From: Chrysomallon squamiferum
Lineage: Eukaryota; Animalia; Mollusca
DNA: 64,000 bases
Reading direction: 5' to 3'
NCBI GenBank assembly: GCA_012295275.1
Contig: CM022675.1
Span: 930,001 to 994,000 of the forward strand
Below are positions 39,049 through 54,300 of the stretch, piece after piece (positions within the stretch are counted from its first letter, which is position 1; the number at the start of each line of letters is the position of its first letter). The notes beneath the pieces were generated by a model that made no database searches, had not been told where the DNA came from, and was given only the letters and a program-made list of their open reading frames with translations. Both the position numbers and the translations under genes were made by a program.

Positions 39049-39721
39049 CCCCCTCTCTCTCTCAATGAAAACTGAAATCATATTGTCACTGTTTACAAAA
39101 GATTGAAAGAAAGACTAACTGACAGAAAAGTGATATTAAGTGAATGTAATTCTGTTTGTCTCAAAAACGTCCGTTCGTCTGTTTACCTGACGCCAAACAA
39201 AGACGTGTCACATTGCACGTATGCACATTTAAATTTAAACATTTACGTTCTTAGATACTGAATTTATATGATAATAAAATTCAGACATTGACATTAGAAA
39301 TATTAAAACGCTAAAATACGAGGAAGTAGTTCGACCGCACGGCATTCTTTCTGTCTTTTCGCCTAATGTAACAGTAAAAGTTAGAGAAAGTTTTAAAAAT
39401 AGAAACGCTATTAATCTATAAGTCGACGAGCAATTGCTTTTTAAACACACACGTTATTTATTGCAATTTTCGTAAGTTTTTGCGACAGGATGAAGAATAA
39501 ATATCTAACAGTTTAATGTAAAAAATATATATATTACTGGATAATTAGAAGATTAAGAAATTAAATAAAAATACATATAGGTAAAGACTTTTCTCGTATA
39601 CTCAGACATGTTTTTATTGAATAGAGATGAGAAAGAGCTTGTTTGTTTGTTTGCTTATTTACTTATTTATTTTAATAGATAAATAATGACAAAAATAAAT
39701 ATATTAATAAGCAAATAATTA

Positions 39722-39753
<32 letters not shown>

Positions 39754-39790
39754 AGGAAAGAAAGAAAAGAAATTACAGAAGCAAATAAAT

Positions 39791-39922
<132 letters not shown>

Positions 39923-40655
39923 GATTTTGTGAAGAAAGTCAAAACACTGAAGCGACAATGGATCAGCAAAGGTGACAATAACAACTTCAACAACATCAAC
40001 AAAAGTAGCAACAGTGTTAGGAAGAAAAAGAAGCGAAAGAAGAAGAAACAGACAAAGACAAAAAATAATAAGAACAATAATAATAATAATAATAAGAAGA
40101 AGAAGAAGAAGAAGAAGAAGAAAAACAGCAACGATGATTGAGAAACGAAGATAAAAAACAAAGAAACAACAGCAGCAGCAACAACAAGAAGATGAAGAAG
40201 AAGATAAACAGCAACATAATAATAATAATAATAATAATAATAGTAATAAGAGTAGATAAAAACGGATCGCTAAATTTACAGATAGGCGAAATAACACTTA
40301 GAAAAATACAAAAACAGGACGATCTAAGCTTAAAAAAGGAATTTTAAACTTTAGGCTAGTTTTTATGAAATGCGTTTGTTTAATCATATTTGTTACACCT
40401 AGCAAAAAACACAGTCAAATATTAGATTAATAATTCTGAGAAGTCACTGTAAAACAATCATCGTACACAATGTTCAGTTGCTCAGTGACGTTACTGTTCT
40501 AGCACAGAATGACGTCAGCAGTCTTTGTCTAGATGATGTTTGCATTGTTAAGTTGAAGGACAATCAAAAATGTTTTATCTGCAGTTCAGTTACAAACTGA
40601 AGAATTTAAAATTCCTGTGGAGGGTAATTTGTAATGAAATTGTAAAGAATCTATG

Positions 40656-40708
<53 letters not shown>

Positions 40709-41019
40709 ATTTTTCGTTTATTTGTTTTACATTAGTTTATACTATTTATTTATTTATTGATATTATGTTTTTCTATTTTGCACTTTATTAATTTGAATAC
40801 TTAGTGACAGTAGCAGCATTATTTGTAGCATTCAGCTGGAGATAATAGTAATAACAGGCGTATTATGGTATTGTCGTTGTAGTAGCTGCAGTTGTTGTTG
40901 AAAAACAAAAAGAAGAGCAACAATATTAATCATAATATTAAATGATAATGATTATAATAAAATTAATAAAATGAGGCAAAATAAATTGAAATGATATAAA
41001 ATAATATATAAAAAATAGC

Positions 41020-41057
<38 letters not shown>

Positions 41058-41602
41058 AAAAAGTATTGCATTTACACCATCCAAATTATCTTTATTATTA
41101 TTATATTTCAATATCTTTTTCTCCTTCTTCTTCGTTTTTTTTTTTTCTTTTTTTTTTTTTAAACCTTTCATTTTTCTTCGTTTATTAGTCACGACACAAA
41201 TTTCGACCCGGATGTTACTTATCACTGTTTGCATTTTAACAAAGCAGACGAAACGTTTGCGCAAATCGATTTGTTAATTTAAAAAACACACACGTAACTA
41301 GTTTACCAATAATGGACATGTTTAGATTTATAATAACATTTAAATTAAAGTAAAACAAGGAAGATGTCAAGAAAATTACCCATAATTTGCCCGGAACCAT
41401 TAGCGAAAAAATGACCCGGTTTACAGTATTAACTATAGATTAATTCGTGTAATGCATACTGATAATTATTTGAAAGAAAGTGTTGTTGCAGATTTTATTT
41501 GTGGGGGGAAGGGATTTGAAACAAACTGACTGCAGTTAATATTGGCACCCGTGTTTGTTATATTGGCGCACGAGCATTTCGAAGATCGAAAAAATACACA
41601 CA

Positions 41603-41661
<59 letters not shown>

Positions 41662-41972
41662 ATACACAAACATATTTTATATATGTGTGTAGGTGTGTTA
41701 GTGTGTGTGTGGGCGTGTAATATTTTTCTTAGCTGATTTCCTAGTTCTAATTGACGAAAGACGACTATATAAACGATACCTGATATTGAAAAGGTTTTTT
41801 TTATTATTATTATTATTTTTTAAATGTTTGACCTTATTAATTCACTAGCCACACCTTGTATAATTCTCTCATCTCTTCCGGAATTCATACTGCATTTCTT
41901 TTTTTTTAAATAATAAAATAAATAAAATCTTTCTTACAAGGCATCATTTTATTTGCTATAATAGTGAAAAAA

Positions 41973-42235
41973 AAAATTAGAAAAATGAAAAACACAAGGA
42001 AGTATGAAATAAATAAAAGAACCAAAATGATTGGCTCTATTTAAAGAAATGTTTAAAAAAAAAAAAAAAGGTTATTGACATTTTAATAACTTCGCATATA
42101 AATGTAATAAAATGTAAAAAAAAGAGGAAAAAAGCTAATTATTATTATTATTTTTTTTTTTTAAACATTTGAGCCAATCATTTTGGTTCTTTTATTTATT
42201 ACATACTTCCTCGTGTTTTTCATTTTTCTAATTTT
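41973..42235. repeat. Long inverted repeat (~80-95 bp arms, ~80 bp spacer)
   Basis: 41973-42069 is the reverse complement of 42151-42235 with about 2 mismatches and one 9 nt indel. Confidence 0.92.
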
Positions 42236-42368
42236 ATCAGGGTTTTTTTTATCTCTCTTTGTCCAATGCTCCTTGGAATCAAATGTCATGTTAGTTTCTT
42301 CGCAGAACCCTAACCCCGGATTTCTAGAGCTTTCAAAGTTCACGTTCCCGGATCCTTCACGCCTCATC

Positions 42369-42441
42369 TGATTGGCTGTCACATTATTGTCTCTTTTGTT
42401 TTGATTGGCTGGTATTTTCTGATCATTCTTTTTGATTGGTC
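42369..42441 (-). promoter_or_regulatory. Three tandem CCAAT (NF-Y-type) boxes
   Basis: TGATTGG with ATTGG starting at 42371, 42404 and 42435 (spacing 33 and 31 bp). Confidence 0.4.
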
Positions 42442-43010
42442 GAAGGCGTTAATGCATTCCTTCACTTTATAACATTGAACAGAAAATGCTCTTCTTAAAA
42501 AGACTTCATTTTTTTATATTATCTTATTTATTTACCTCTGCATTTTTTCCCCTCCCAAATGGTAGGAATCCAGGAAGAGAGTTTCAAAAATAAATGACAA
42601 AGATCTGACTGATTTAATTCTTACGGATCTTTTCGCCATTGTTCAAGAATACACAAACTGACGCAGCGAAATGTCAGAGAAAACGCTGTCGTGATTTAGA
42701 ATTAGGCGGCCATTTTGAATCTTTTTTTAAACCATCGTGTCACGCTATGTGATACAGTTTTATTCATCAGTTTTAGTTTTCCTTTTGTTTTTCTTTCCTT
42801 TTCCTAACTTTTTAGACTTTGTTTATTTATATATTAGTTCTTACATATTATTTTATTATATTTAGTACATATATGTAAGTACTCAAACACACACACACAC
42901 ACACACAGACACACAGACACATACATTACTACATAGATACATTCATGCATACATACGTACGTACGTTGATACATATATATATATATATATACACACATTT
43001 AGATGTACGC

Positions 43011-43041
<31 letters not shown>

Positions 43042-43605
43042 CACACCTTCCAATATATACATACATATTATATCCATAAGTATATATATATCTATACTGA
43101 TAGAAAAATACAAGTACTGTACATAGATCGATTATGACAAATGGATGAATAGTTGGTAGTTACACGTAAACAAACACTCTTGTTAGTACTTAAAGTTTTC
43201 AAATTACGAAGACTGGTGCAATAACTGCAGACAGCAGCGATTAATAATTATTAAGACACGGAAAAACTGTCAAACATAAAAGTATTTCGTTTCATGTTCG
43301 CGGATCAAAATATAGGTTTGATTATCATCCTACGTCAATATGCAGTAGCATTGACGTATTCTAATCAGGATAGGTTTTTTTTGTGTGTGTATGTTTGTGT
43401 CTGTCTGTAATGGGTTGTTTTTGTGTGTGTAAAGATAGCTGTTTTCCGCAGGCACGCAACACACACACGCACACACAATGCAGTGCCTGGGCGTTACTCA
43501 GTGCTTGTTGCGAAATGTCGCCAAGTCCATTGTGTTACCTGATACTTCCTAAACTAACAACAGTCTTTGTTTTAACTTCACTTCCTCGTTACAGCACGTT
43601 TACAG

Positions 43606-43692
<87 letters not shown>

Positions 43693-44345
43693 GGCTATTT
43701 TGTCTTCAAGCATATATTTCATTCTTTTATTATGCAAAGGAAATATAATACAACATTTTAAACCTGAATTTCACCGGACATCAGACTTAAATTTAGATAA
43801 ATTTGTCCCCGTTTTCAACAGAAAGGATATTGCACTTTTTAATCACTCGCAAGGGATGTGTTTGCGTGCGTGTGTGCCTGTGCGTGTGAGTGTCTGTGTG
43901 TGTGTCTGTGTATATCTATATACTTCTTTCTTTTATAATGCGTTTTTCCGGAGACAGAAAAACACATTCCTAAGACGATTACCAGTTGTTTGTTGAATGG
44001 TTTAGTGCGTGATTATCAGATTAGAAACTGAAGAGGTTTGAACCAGAGACACTTCGAACTCAAGGAGTGTATTGCAAACACTGAAGGGTCAGGTATTGAC
44101 TTTTGTTAGTGAAATAAAATAATGTGAAGATTTTCAGACAAAGACGTAATAAATATGCAGATAGTTCCTTGTAATGTCTCGTTTGATAAGACGTATTTGT
44201 TATTTAAAGTTTTATTTTATTTCGTAATACCTACTGTTTAACTGTTCAATCTTTCGTTTGAAGTGTTAAATAAACAAACGGAATTTCCTTGTTATATGTA
44301 TATGTGTAAGTATGTATGTATGTATATATGTATGAATATATGTAC

Positions 44346-44378
<33 letters not shown>

Positions 44379-45030
44379 CGTGCGTGCGTGTGTGTGTATT
44401 GTGATTATAGATATGATGTTGCGCAATATTCGTAAAATTCCAAAACATTATTGTCATTGTTACTATCATTTATTTATTTATTTACTTATTTATTTCTTTA
44501 TTTGTTTGTTAATTTGTTTGTTTGTTTGTTTGTTAATTTCCTAATAAAAATAAAGTAGTCTCTTTCTTACTATTAAATATCAATTTACGTTTAAGGTTTA
44601 CGGTAGTTTATTATTAGCTTTAAACCTTTCGTCTGACAGACAGACAGACTTCTCAAACCTGAGTTCCTGACAAGTTGTATGTATAGACGATGGACAGTTA
44701 AATATGATGAAACCGAACGTGCAATGCATTTTCAATAACGTTCCTGTATTGCATAAAAAAAATTCTTCTGTTTTTACCAGTTTAAACATGGATGATTTTA
44801 CAGAGTTATTTTTCCCTACATGATGATTGTACTCGGTCGTATGATAGAAATTTCAAAACAACGTGACGTTCATCATCTATATTAGTTTAATTACACAATG
44901 GACGTTTCCATAGTGATCGTTTAACACGCTTAATAATTTAGACTTGTTCAACAAAGAAATGACGTGAAGAACCATGAAATTTCTGAATATATCTGACCAT
45001 GTCTAACAGTCGTGACAACAACAACGATTA

Positions 45031-45066
<36 letters not shown>

Positions 45067-45780
45067 TAAATTTCTTCATTTTCTTTTAGAATTATTAATG
45101 TAAAATTCAGTTAAGGATGATTCAGAATGACCCAGTTAACTGTTTTGAAATATATATTATTATTATTTTTTACTGTTAGACTTGTGTAATATGGGATTAA
45201 ATCTTTTGTTGATTTGGTTGAGCAATCCGTTATTTAAAAGCCCTTCACATCTGCAAGAAGATGAATAATAATAAGAAAAAAAAAAAAAAAAAAAAGAAGA
45301 AAAAAAGAAGACATTCCTTCATTCTTATAGATAAAAGTGAAATAGCAATCTGACAGCATATTTATTCATCGCCCAACTTATCATTAAACCTGATAATATA
45401 CTGATAGATGCAGTAAGGCATAGTCTGATTCACATACTGAATGAACTATTTATTCTCTTTTAAAATTTTATTAGTCTTCAGAAGAATAGAGACGAAAATA
45501 AACGTGTTTCACCAACTTTGAAAAACGTGAGGGTCGAAACCGTCCCCCAACCCCGCTAACATCGCTCTCTCCCCCGAGATTTGACGAGACAGTTTACGTC
45601 ACGTTCGCACACGCGGCCGAAAACCAACCAATCGAAGTGTTTTTGATAAGAACCCAGACTGACATTTCAGTCATGCGCAGACGTGGTGTCTGTGGGGGAG
45701 GGATACTGGAGAGGGGTGAACCTGGCATAAACAACAGTTCTGTAATTAAAATAAATAAATAAAAAAAACCAGAAGAAATC

Positions 45781-45837
<57 letters not shown>

Positions 45838-45854
45838 GATGATGATGATGATGA

Positions 45855-45897
<43 letters not shown>

Positions 45898-46276
45898 TAA
45901 ACTGAATTTACACGGAGATTTCATCTAGCTTGTTCCCCCTTTTGAAACGTTTGATCCAGCCTGTATTTCAAGCCCAGTGATGCGCTGTCTGACGCATTGC
46001 TTTTTTTTCTTCTTTATCAACAACAAACTTATTATGTAAACATTCAACAATCAAAATGCGATCAAAATTTTGTCCTTGAATAATGTCAGAGATCATCATC
46101 ATCGCTATTATTATTATTATTATTACTATTATCATTAACTGAGCAAATTATGTTGAGTAATATATAGTCTGAATAAAACTACATATGCTGACACAAACAT
46201 ATTCACACAAATTTTATATTATAAAAACAAATCTGCTTTCAAGTAAATGCTATTTCTTACTTCTTCTTCTTCTTCT

Positions 46277-46346
<70 letters not shown>

Positions 46347-46460
46347 GTATCTATTACTTATCGCTTCTTTTATCATTACGAACAATATTTGTACTTGTTG
46401 ATCCCTGAGTATTAATTAATGTGTTTACATTGTAACAGATAAAGAATCATAAAGTAAAGG

Positions 46461-46464
<4 letters not shown>

Positions 46465-46519
<55 letters not shown>

Positions 46520-46628
46520 TAAGATGATGAATATATAAAAATACATTAAAATGATGTATATAAGCGAGAGAGAGAGGTAGGTTAAAATGAGGAATATATA
46601 AAAATATATTAAAATGATGCATATAAGA

Positions 46629-46672
<44 letters not shown>

Positions 46673-46843
46673 GTAGGTTAAAATGATGAATATATAAAAA
46701 TATATTAAAATGATGCAATATAAGAGAGAGAGTTAAAAGAGGAGAGATAAAAAAATATTAAAATGATGCATATAAAGTGTGTGTGTGAGAGAGAGAGAGA
46801 GAGATAGGGGTTAAAAATGATGAATATATAAAAATATATTAAA

Positions 46844-46885
<42 letters not shown>
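46465..46885. repeat. Compound tandem repeat: (GA)n plus a conserved spacer, ~5 units
   Basis: ggttaaaatgatgaatatataaaaatatattaaaatgatg recurs between GA tracts. Confidence 0.85.
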
Positions 46886-46888
<3 letters not shown>

Positions 46889-47059
46889 TTCAAATAATTA
46901 TATATTACATAATCTATTTATTACTATTACTATGTTTTATTATTAACTGCGTGGATAAAGCTGTTTCGATATTCTTTTATTTGCCACCTGCAAACTGATA
47001 TGAGCTTAGCCTTAAGACACGTACAATTCTTATTTCAGTCAAGCACAAGCAAAAGCGTT

Positions 47060-47420
47060 TCCATTTGACTGCCGCGCTCTCTATGCCTGGCAAACGCTGA
47101 GGCGAAAATCTCGTCTGCTTACGGTAGCTGTGACACGGATGTTGAAGGTCGAGTAAACACGCCGTGCGACAATAGTGTAAACTTGTCAGCGCAGCGCGCA
47201 GAAAGCGAAAGCCATTAAATTGACGACCAGTCTATTTTACGGTATTCCCGAGTCCGGCTTTTGACGTCGACAGTAGCAGTTTCCTTGTCGTCTGCTTCGT
47301 AGAACAAAAATTCGGATGTAAGCATAAGAAGATTAAAACTGTTGTTTTCTCAATGGACATGTGATAAAACTTAACAAATTTCGTATCGTCTGCGCTGATT
47401 AATTAATTATTTGTTATCAA
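47060..47420. promoter_or_regulatory. Candidate DUOX (possibly bidirectional) promoter region
   Basis: CpG-rich, repeat-free stretch 250-600 bp upstream of the DUOX ATG, with TCGTCTGC three times (about 47111, 47290, 47386). Positional inference only. Confidence 0.4.
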
Positions 47421-47669
47421 GCGAGTGCTGGGACCTGACAAAAAGAGCTGTGCGAGATGATGGTGGGTTCCTGAAACTGACACTTTTGAGAAAAGCCCCG
47501 AAGCGACAAAACTTTGACGAGATACTCGTAAGACAAACAAAATATTTCTGTAGTTTCGTTTGTTTTTTTTTTGTGTTTTTTTCACTCTTCTTTTCTCTCT
47601 TTGTTTTGCGGAATTTTGTTTTCTTTCATTCCTTTCTTTTGGCTGTGGACAAGCTTTTTCTTCTGAAAA

Positions 47670-47751
47670 ATGGCAGACGACAGAATATCCAGACAGAAAC
47701 GGGACGGAGCAACATGGCTGGTTGCAGGGGTGATTTTAATACTTTATACCG
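47670..47751 (+). CDS. DUOX: DUOX exon 1 (MADDRISRQKRDGATWLVAGVILILYT, signal-peptide-like)
   Basis: aaaATGG context; hydrophobic stretch; G|GTGAGT donor in phase 1, matching exon 2. Confidence 0.8.
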
Positions 47752-48071
47752 GTGAGTAAAACGGTTTTATGGTTGCATTTATTAACTAACGGGATATCAA
47801 ATGTGATGAATTTTCTTGTGGCTTTCATTGTTTCTTTAACGAGATGTCCACAGGCATTAATGCTGACAGTATTGAAATAAAACTGTCTAATAATCTAACC
47901 TATTATTATAATTATGTCTTGGGTATTGATGCATTTAATTGTAGTGGTGTTGGGGCTGTTTAGCATATTTTGAAAGTCACTGTGCTTATCAAAATTTGTT
48001 TATATAATATTATTTGATAGTTTATTTATTTCGTTTTATATTTGTTAATGTTTTTTAATACAGCGCAGGTG

Positions 48072-48122
<51 letters not shown>

Positions 48123-48239
48123 AAAAAAATATATAAAAAGAAGAAAAGAACCTGATATGATACTGAGGAAAAGAAATCGCATAATTTAATTTTATTTATT
48201 TGCTTATTTGCATATTATAGATGACATCGTATTACTGTT

Positions 48240-48317
<78 letters not shown>

Positions 48318-49196
48318 CGCGCTACGAAGCGTTGAACTTCAACAATAACAATAATAATTAAAAAAATAATAATAATAAAAAATAATAATCATAATTTTTT
48401 AATTAAATAAATTTGAGTATAGAAATAATATTATATAATCGTACAATAAATAAAATTATAATCAGTTAAACATCAAAGAGCAGTGAACGTTTAATTTAGA
48501 TTTTGTAAAACGGAAGAACATTTGATAATTTAATCTGTTGAACAACATCAAAGGCTGATGTAATCTTATAATGGATAGTGCGGAGATTTTTCTTAGATGG
48601 GTTAGGAAATCTAAATCACCTAGGGTTTTGTTCGTTTCTCAATTACAGAACTATAAGAAATAATAATAAAATAATAATAATAAAAAAATACAAATAAATA
48701 AAAAAATAAAAAAGAAGAAGAAGAAGAAAAAAAAAAAAAAGACATAAACAAATAAAAAAAGAAATAATTTGTATCAGATGCGCTTTTTTATTTCATTTCT
48801 TTCTTGTTTTTTGTTATTTATTTAATTTATTTATTTTTTGTATTATTATTTTTTAAATGTTTTCACCTCTGCAAATTATAGTATTTAATCTGTTTCAAGT
48901 AATACTGCTATGGTAGCAAAATTATTAGTATAAACGTATTATATTCGGTGAAAAAAAAAAAAAAAAAAAAATATAATTACACTACAGCTATTATGGCGCT
49001 ATTATGCAATTATGCGGTGACAGAATATGCAGCTGAGAATAAATAAATGAAAACAACTAAATCTCTTTGATCTTGTATTTAACCACATGAAATAATGCAG
49101 TAATTACAGTAACGTGTGTATCTGTATTTTCCGCACGTCAGCATATTTGTTGTTTTAACAGATTATGTTGCATTGTTCTTTCTTTGTTCAGTAACT

Positions 49197-49271
<75 letters not shown>

Positions 49272-49443
49272 GTATTATTAATTAATTATTATTTAAATCA
49301 TTATTATCTTTGTTTCAGTGACTTCTGCTGCTGATACAGGAACGGTTCAGAGATTTGATGGGTGGTTCAATAACTTGAGAAACCCTCACCTCGGCAGCGC
49401 TGGTAAAAAACATTATTAATTTTAAATTCATTTTAACTGGTTG

Positions 49444-49520
<77 letters not shown>

Positions 49521-50564
49521 TTACTGTTAGTGCTATATTTTTCAGTCTTCTACTCTAGAATTTGTTTTTGTGATAAAATTTATCTTTAATGTTTTATTGA
49601 ATTTTTTTTCGTATCGCAGCGTTCACGATCACCTGCGGACTCGAGCTTTTGTGCATTTTTTCACATTTCAACACGGCAGTCAGCTAATTTGATAAAATCG
49701 AAGTAAAAATACTAGTCAACAGAATACATACATCTTCTTTTGTATTTAAATTAGTATTACTGCACATTGCTATATTTCATAACGATTAATATTATTGTCC
49801 AATTTCATTAAAATATCTATCAATAAACGGTAATTTCACGTCGATAATAAGTTTTTTATTTTGTGTCACTATGAAAGCAAACTGAATTTTTATCTTTAGT
49901 TATACGTATATGCAAAAATAGAGGTCTGTTGCTTTTTTAATAATGCGCAGTGCAGTTGGACCTTTTGAAATTATTAAAAAAAAAAAAAAAAATTACAATG
50001 GACGAAAAACAAATCTGCGAAACACTTTTTAACTCGCCTTCTTTCATCTTTACCTTTTTTTTTTTTTTTTTTTTTTTTTTCTGTTGACTGAAAAAAATAG
50101 CCTTCGGCAGGGGAATTACAATCTGAAGAAAGATGCAGCTCGATTGGTTCTTAATTTTGCGCTAATCACATACATAAATTAAAAAAAAATAAAATAAAAT
50201 AAGAGAAGAATGAGTTAAAAATAACGATTATTTACTCTACGAAGAATTTTACGAGTTATTCATAACTTGAAAAAAGGAATAAAAAATTAACAACTATTTT
50301 TATTTGTTGTCAGTTCTGTGTTTGATATAGCGTGCCTTTCATCACGTATGTCAGATTTAAAGTTACATTTTTTTACGGATGGCTTAGTCGAAGTTTATTC
50401 AGTGAATATAAAATTGCAAGTTCATTAGGTCTATATACAGTTTTTAAATTTTTAATATTTATTTCATGTTGATTTGAAACAGTAAACTATTTCAAAATCT
50501 ACATAAATCTCAAATTAGTTAGAAAACTGAATAACAGAAGAATTTTCATAAATAATTCATAAGC

Positions 50565-50604
<40 letters not shown>

Positions 50605-50628
50605 AAGTAAAATAAAATAAAAACACTA

Positions 50629-50700
<72 letters not shown>

Positions 50701-51331
50701 GATAATAATAATAATAAAAATAAAAAAAAAAATAAAATAAAATAAAATAAAATAAAATGAAATAAAAAATATATAATTTAACTGAGAAATAACTGTTATT
50801 TTAAACGTCTGTATGTGGCCGTGGTTGGTTCTTCGTGACAACAACGACGACAATGAAAATCAACGATTCTTAGTTTCGTTCCCAAATTTAATTGAAAAAG
50901 AATGTAATGGTCGAAAGTTGTTACAGTTCTTAATTCATAATATATATCCTTTATTTTATTATCTCAAGTTTTTTTCAGTCCACTATTTAGTGATTGCAAT
51001 AACTACGATTGTGTTTTTAACAGGACGGCCGCTGGCGCGAAATGTCACCACAGACTATTCCGACTACACTTTCCGACCTTCAGGCCAGAGAAGACCAAAC
51101 GCTCGTTTAATCAGCAACACACTTTTCAAAGGAAAATCTGGTCTGCCGTCTTATTTCAACAGAACCGCTCTCTTCGTCTTCTTTGGTAAAGAAGTTATTT
51201 ATTGTCTTAGTCCTACATTTTTTAAAATTTTAAAAAAAATTTGTTTAATTTAATTTTTTTTTTTTTTTTTTAATTTGGGACAAACAAACAAACAAACAAA
51301 CAAACAAACAAACAAATAATAATAATAATAA

Positions 51332-51395
<64 letters not shown>

Positions 51396-54300
51396 CCCCA
51401 AAGTTGACACACAATTTGTCTCCAAAATAATAATAAAATTAACACATTCAGCTCTCCCAAAAATCAAAGATAATTAAAAAAAAAAAAAAAATATAATACT
51501 AATAATAATAATAATAAAAATTAAAATTAAACCATCAGCATTCTGTAATGTAAAAAAACTAAAATTATAATTATTTGTCTCTCTGACTGTGTGTAGGTGT
51601 TTAAAGGTGTTTAAATTAAGAAAAAAACTGTTTTCAGGTCAGCTTGTACAGAGAGAACTGACAGACACAGATGACAACACTTGTCCAGTTGAGATTCTTG
51701 AAACGCCAGTACCTCGCTGTGACCCAGACTTCGACAAGTCATGCACTGGCACAGGCACCATGCCCTACGAAAGAGTCGCTTACCTCAAATCCACCGGTCA
51801 GTCGCCAAACAACCCTCGCAGACAAGTGAGTCAGTTCAGAATAAAAATAAATACTTGTTACTAGCAGAGATGTTAATTATAACACATAATTAGTATTTAT
51901 CATATGTTTAATTTTTTGAATGAATGAAGGTGAGTAATTTTAGAAAGAGTAAAAATTAAATTTGTAATAAGGAAAGTTGTTATATTTATTTTAAAATATA
52001 ATTTAGCATATATTTAATTTTAATTACTATGAATGTAGGTGAGTAATTTCAGAAAGTGTAAAAATAAATTTTTAATAATAAAGGTTGTTATAAAAATTAT
52101 AAAAATATAATTATGATTTAACATCTTTTTTTTATTATGTAGGTAAGTAATTTTAGAGAAAGTGTAAAAATAAATTTGTAATAAGAAAAGTTGTTATATT
52201 TATTTAAAAATATTAATTATAATTAAACATATATTTAATTTTTATTACTATGAATGTAGGTGAGTAATTTCAGAAAGAGTGAAAATAAATTTGTAATAAG
52301 GAAAGTTATTAAATTTATTTTGAAATAAAATTTAACATATATTTAACTTTTTATGATTATGAATGTAGGTGATAATTTTAGAAAGAGTCAAAACAAATTT
52401 ATAATAAGCAAAATTATATTTTAAAATGTAATTTATCATATATTTAATTTTTTATTACAATGGAGACGGTAATATATTTTAGAATAAATAAAAATAAATA
52501 TTTGTTATAAGCACAGTTGTTAATTATAATACATAATTATAATTTAATTTAACTTTTAATTTTTTATGATTATAAATGTAGATAAGTAATTTTAGAAAGA
52601 CCAAAATAAATTTGTAATAAGCAAAGTTGTTATATTTATTTAAAATATTAATTATAATTAAACATATATTTAATTTTTATTACTGTAAATGTAGATGAGT
52701 AATTTCAGAAAGAATAAAAATAAATTTTTAATAAGCAAGGTTATTATATTTATTATAAAATATAATTATAATTTAGCATATATTTAAAAAAAATTTATTA
52801 TAATAAAAACAGTAAAATAAATTTCAGAATAAATAAAAATAAATATTTTTTGCACAGGAAGTCATATTATGATTGTAAATTACATGATTATATGTTCAAA
52901 AATTTCTAATTCAGTTACATAATTATATCATAATTTTTAAATCATGTTTTAATTACATGTTTATTAATTTTATTTTTATTATTGTAATTTTTATGAATAT
53001 ATTTATATATATTTTTTTTTTACTGTATTGTTAATTTTATTACTAACTTTTAATTTGTCATTAATCCAAAACATATTTCAATGCATTATTAATTTTTTTG
53101 AAATTTAAAATTTCTAGATAAACCGCGTATCAAGCTACATTGATGGCAGTTTTGTGTATGGAAGCAGTGTGGTGCGAACTGGCTACCTCCGAGACCGGAA
53201 CAGTGGACGTCTGGCAGCCGTAGACAACTGGGGAAGATACCCAGAATCCAACAGTGTGCGACTTCCTTTTAAACTCTTTCCTACCGTCGACCAGAAACTT
53301 AGCAATCCCGAAAAACTCTGGAGTAAGTACAGTTGTCATGGAAATTAACTTGTTGATGTTATTAAAGAGAATCAGTCTGTAGTTTAGTTTGTTAAAGAAC
53401 TTAGGATCAGATATCATTACTGCATACATTGGTCAAGTATTATGTTCCAGGTAGTATTGTGAAGTGTCTTTATTATAAATTATAAATGAATGTTGATTTA
53501 TTTTGTTATAAATATTTATTAATTTATTTATATATTATTTATTTATTTTAATAATTTGTTTGTTTGTTTGTTAATTAATTAATTATATATATACTTATTT
53601 ACTTAGTTGTATACTTATTTATTTATATTTTTAAATTATTATTTATTTGTTTACTTACTTACTTACCTACCTACTTACTTACTTACTTATTTACTTACTT
53701 ATTTTTATTTTTTTTATTTATTTTAGGACTTGGGGATATTCATTCATATGAGAATCCAGGAATTCTTTCACTGGCCATCTTGTTTTTCCGTTACCATAAC
53801 TACAAAGCCAATGATTACCACAAGTTTCATCCTGACTGGTCAGATGATGAAGTATTTGAGAAATCCAGAAGATGGGTGATTGCATCACTACAGGTGGGTA
53901 CAACAAACTGTCTAAATACATTTTTTATACTTAGTTTTATTTAATATTATTTAATATTATTTGTTGTTTTGTAACCTATGTTTTCTTTACATTCTTCTTC
54001 TTCTTATTATTTTTTAGTTTCTAAACATATACTATGTTTTTATAGTTAAAGATGTTAAAACTGCAGCCTATTGCAAGATTTTACTTAAAGAAACCTTATT
54101 CATTATTAGTTATCATCATCATCATCATCATCACGATCTTCATTATAATTATTATTATTATTCTTGTTATAGTTGTTCTTATTTATTTATGTATTTATTT
54201 ATTTTTATTTATTTTAACAGAAAATCATTATGTATGATTGGCTACCCAAGCTACTAAATAAAACTGTGCCTGCTTACACTGGTAAGTCACATTTAGAATT

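Noticed and set aside
51590-51610. Alternative upstream acceptor tgtgtag|gtgttt for DUOX exon 4
   Set aside because: It gives an immediate in-frame TAA; the 51637 acceptor preserves FFGQ.
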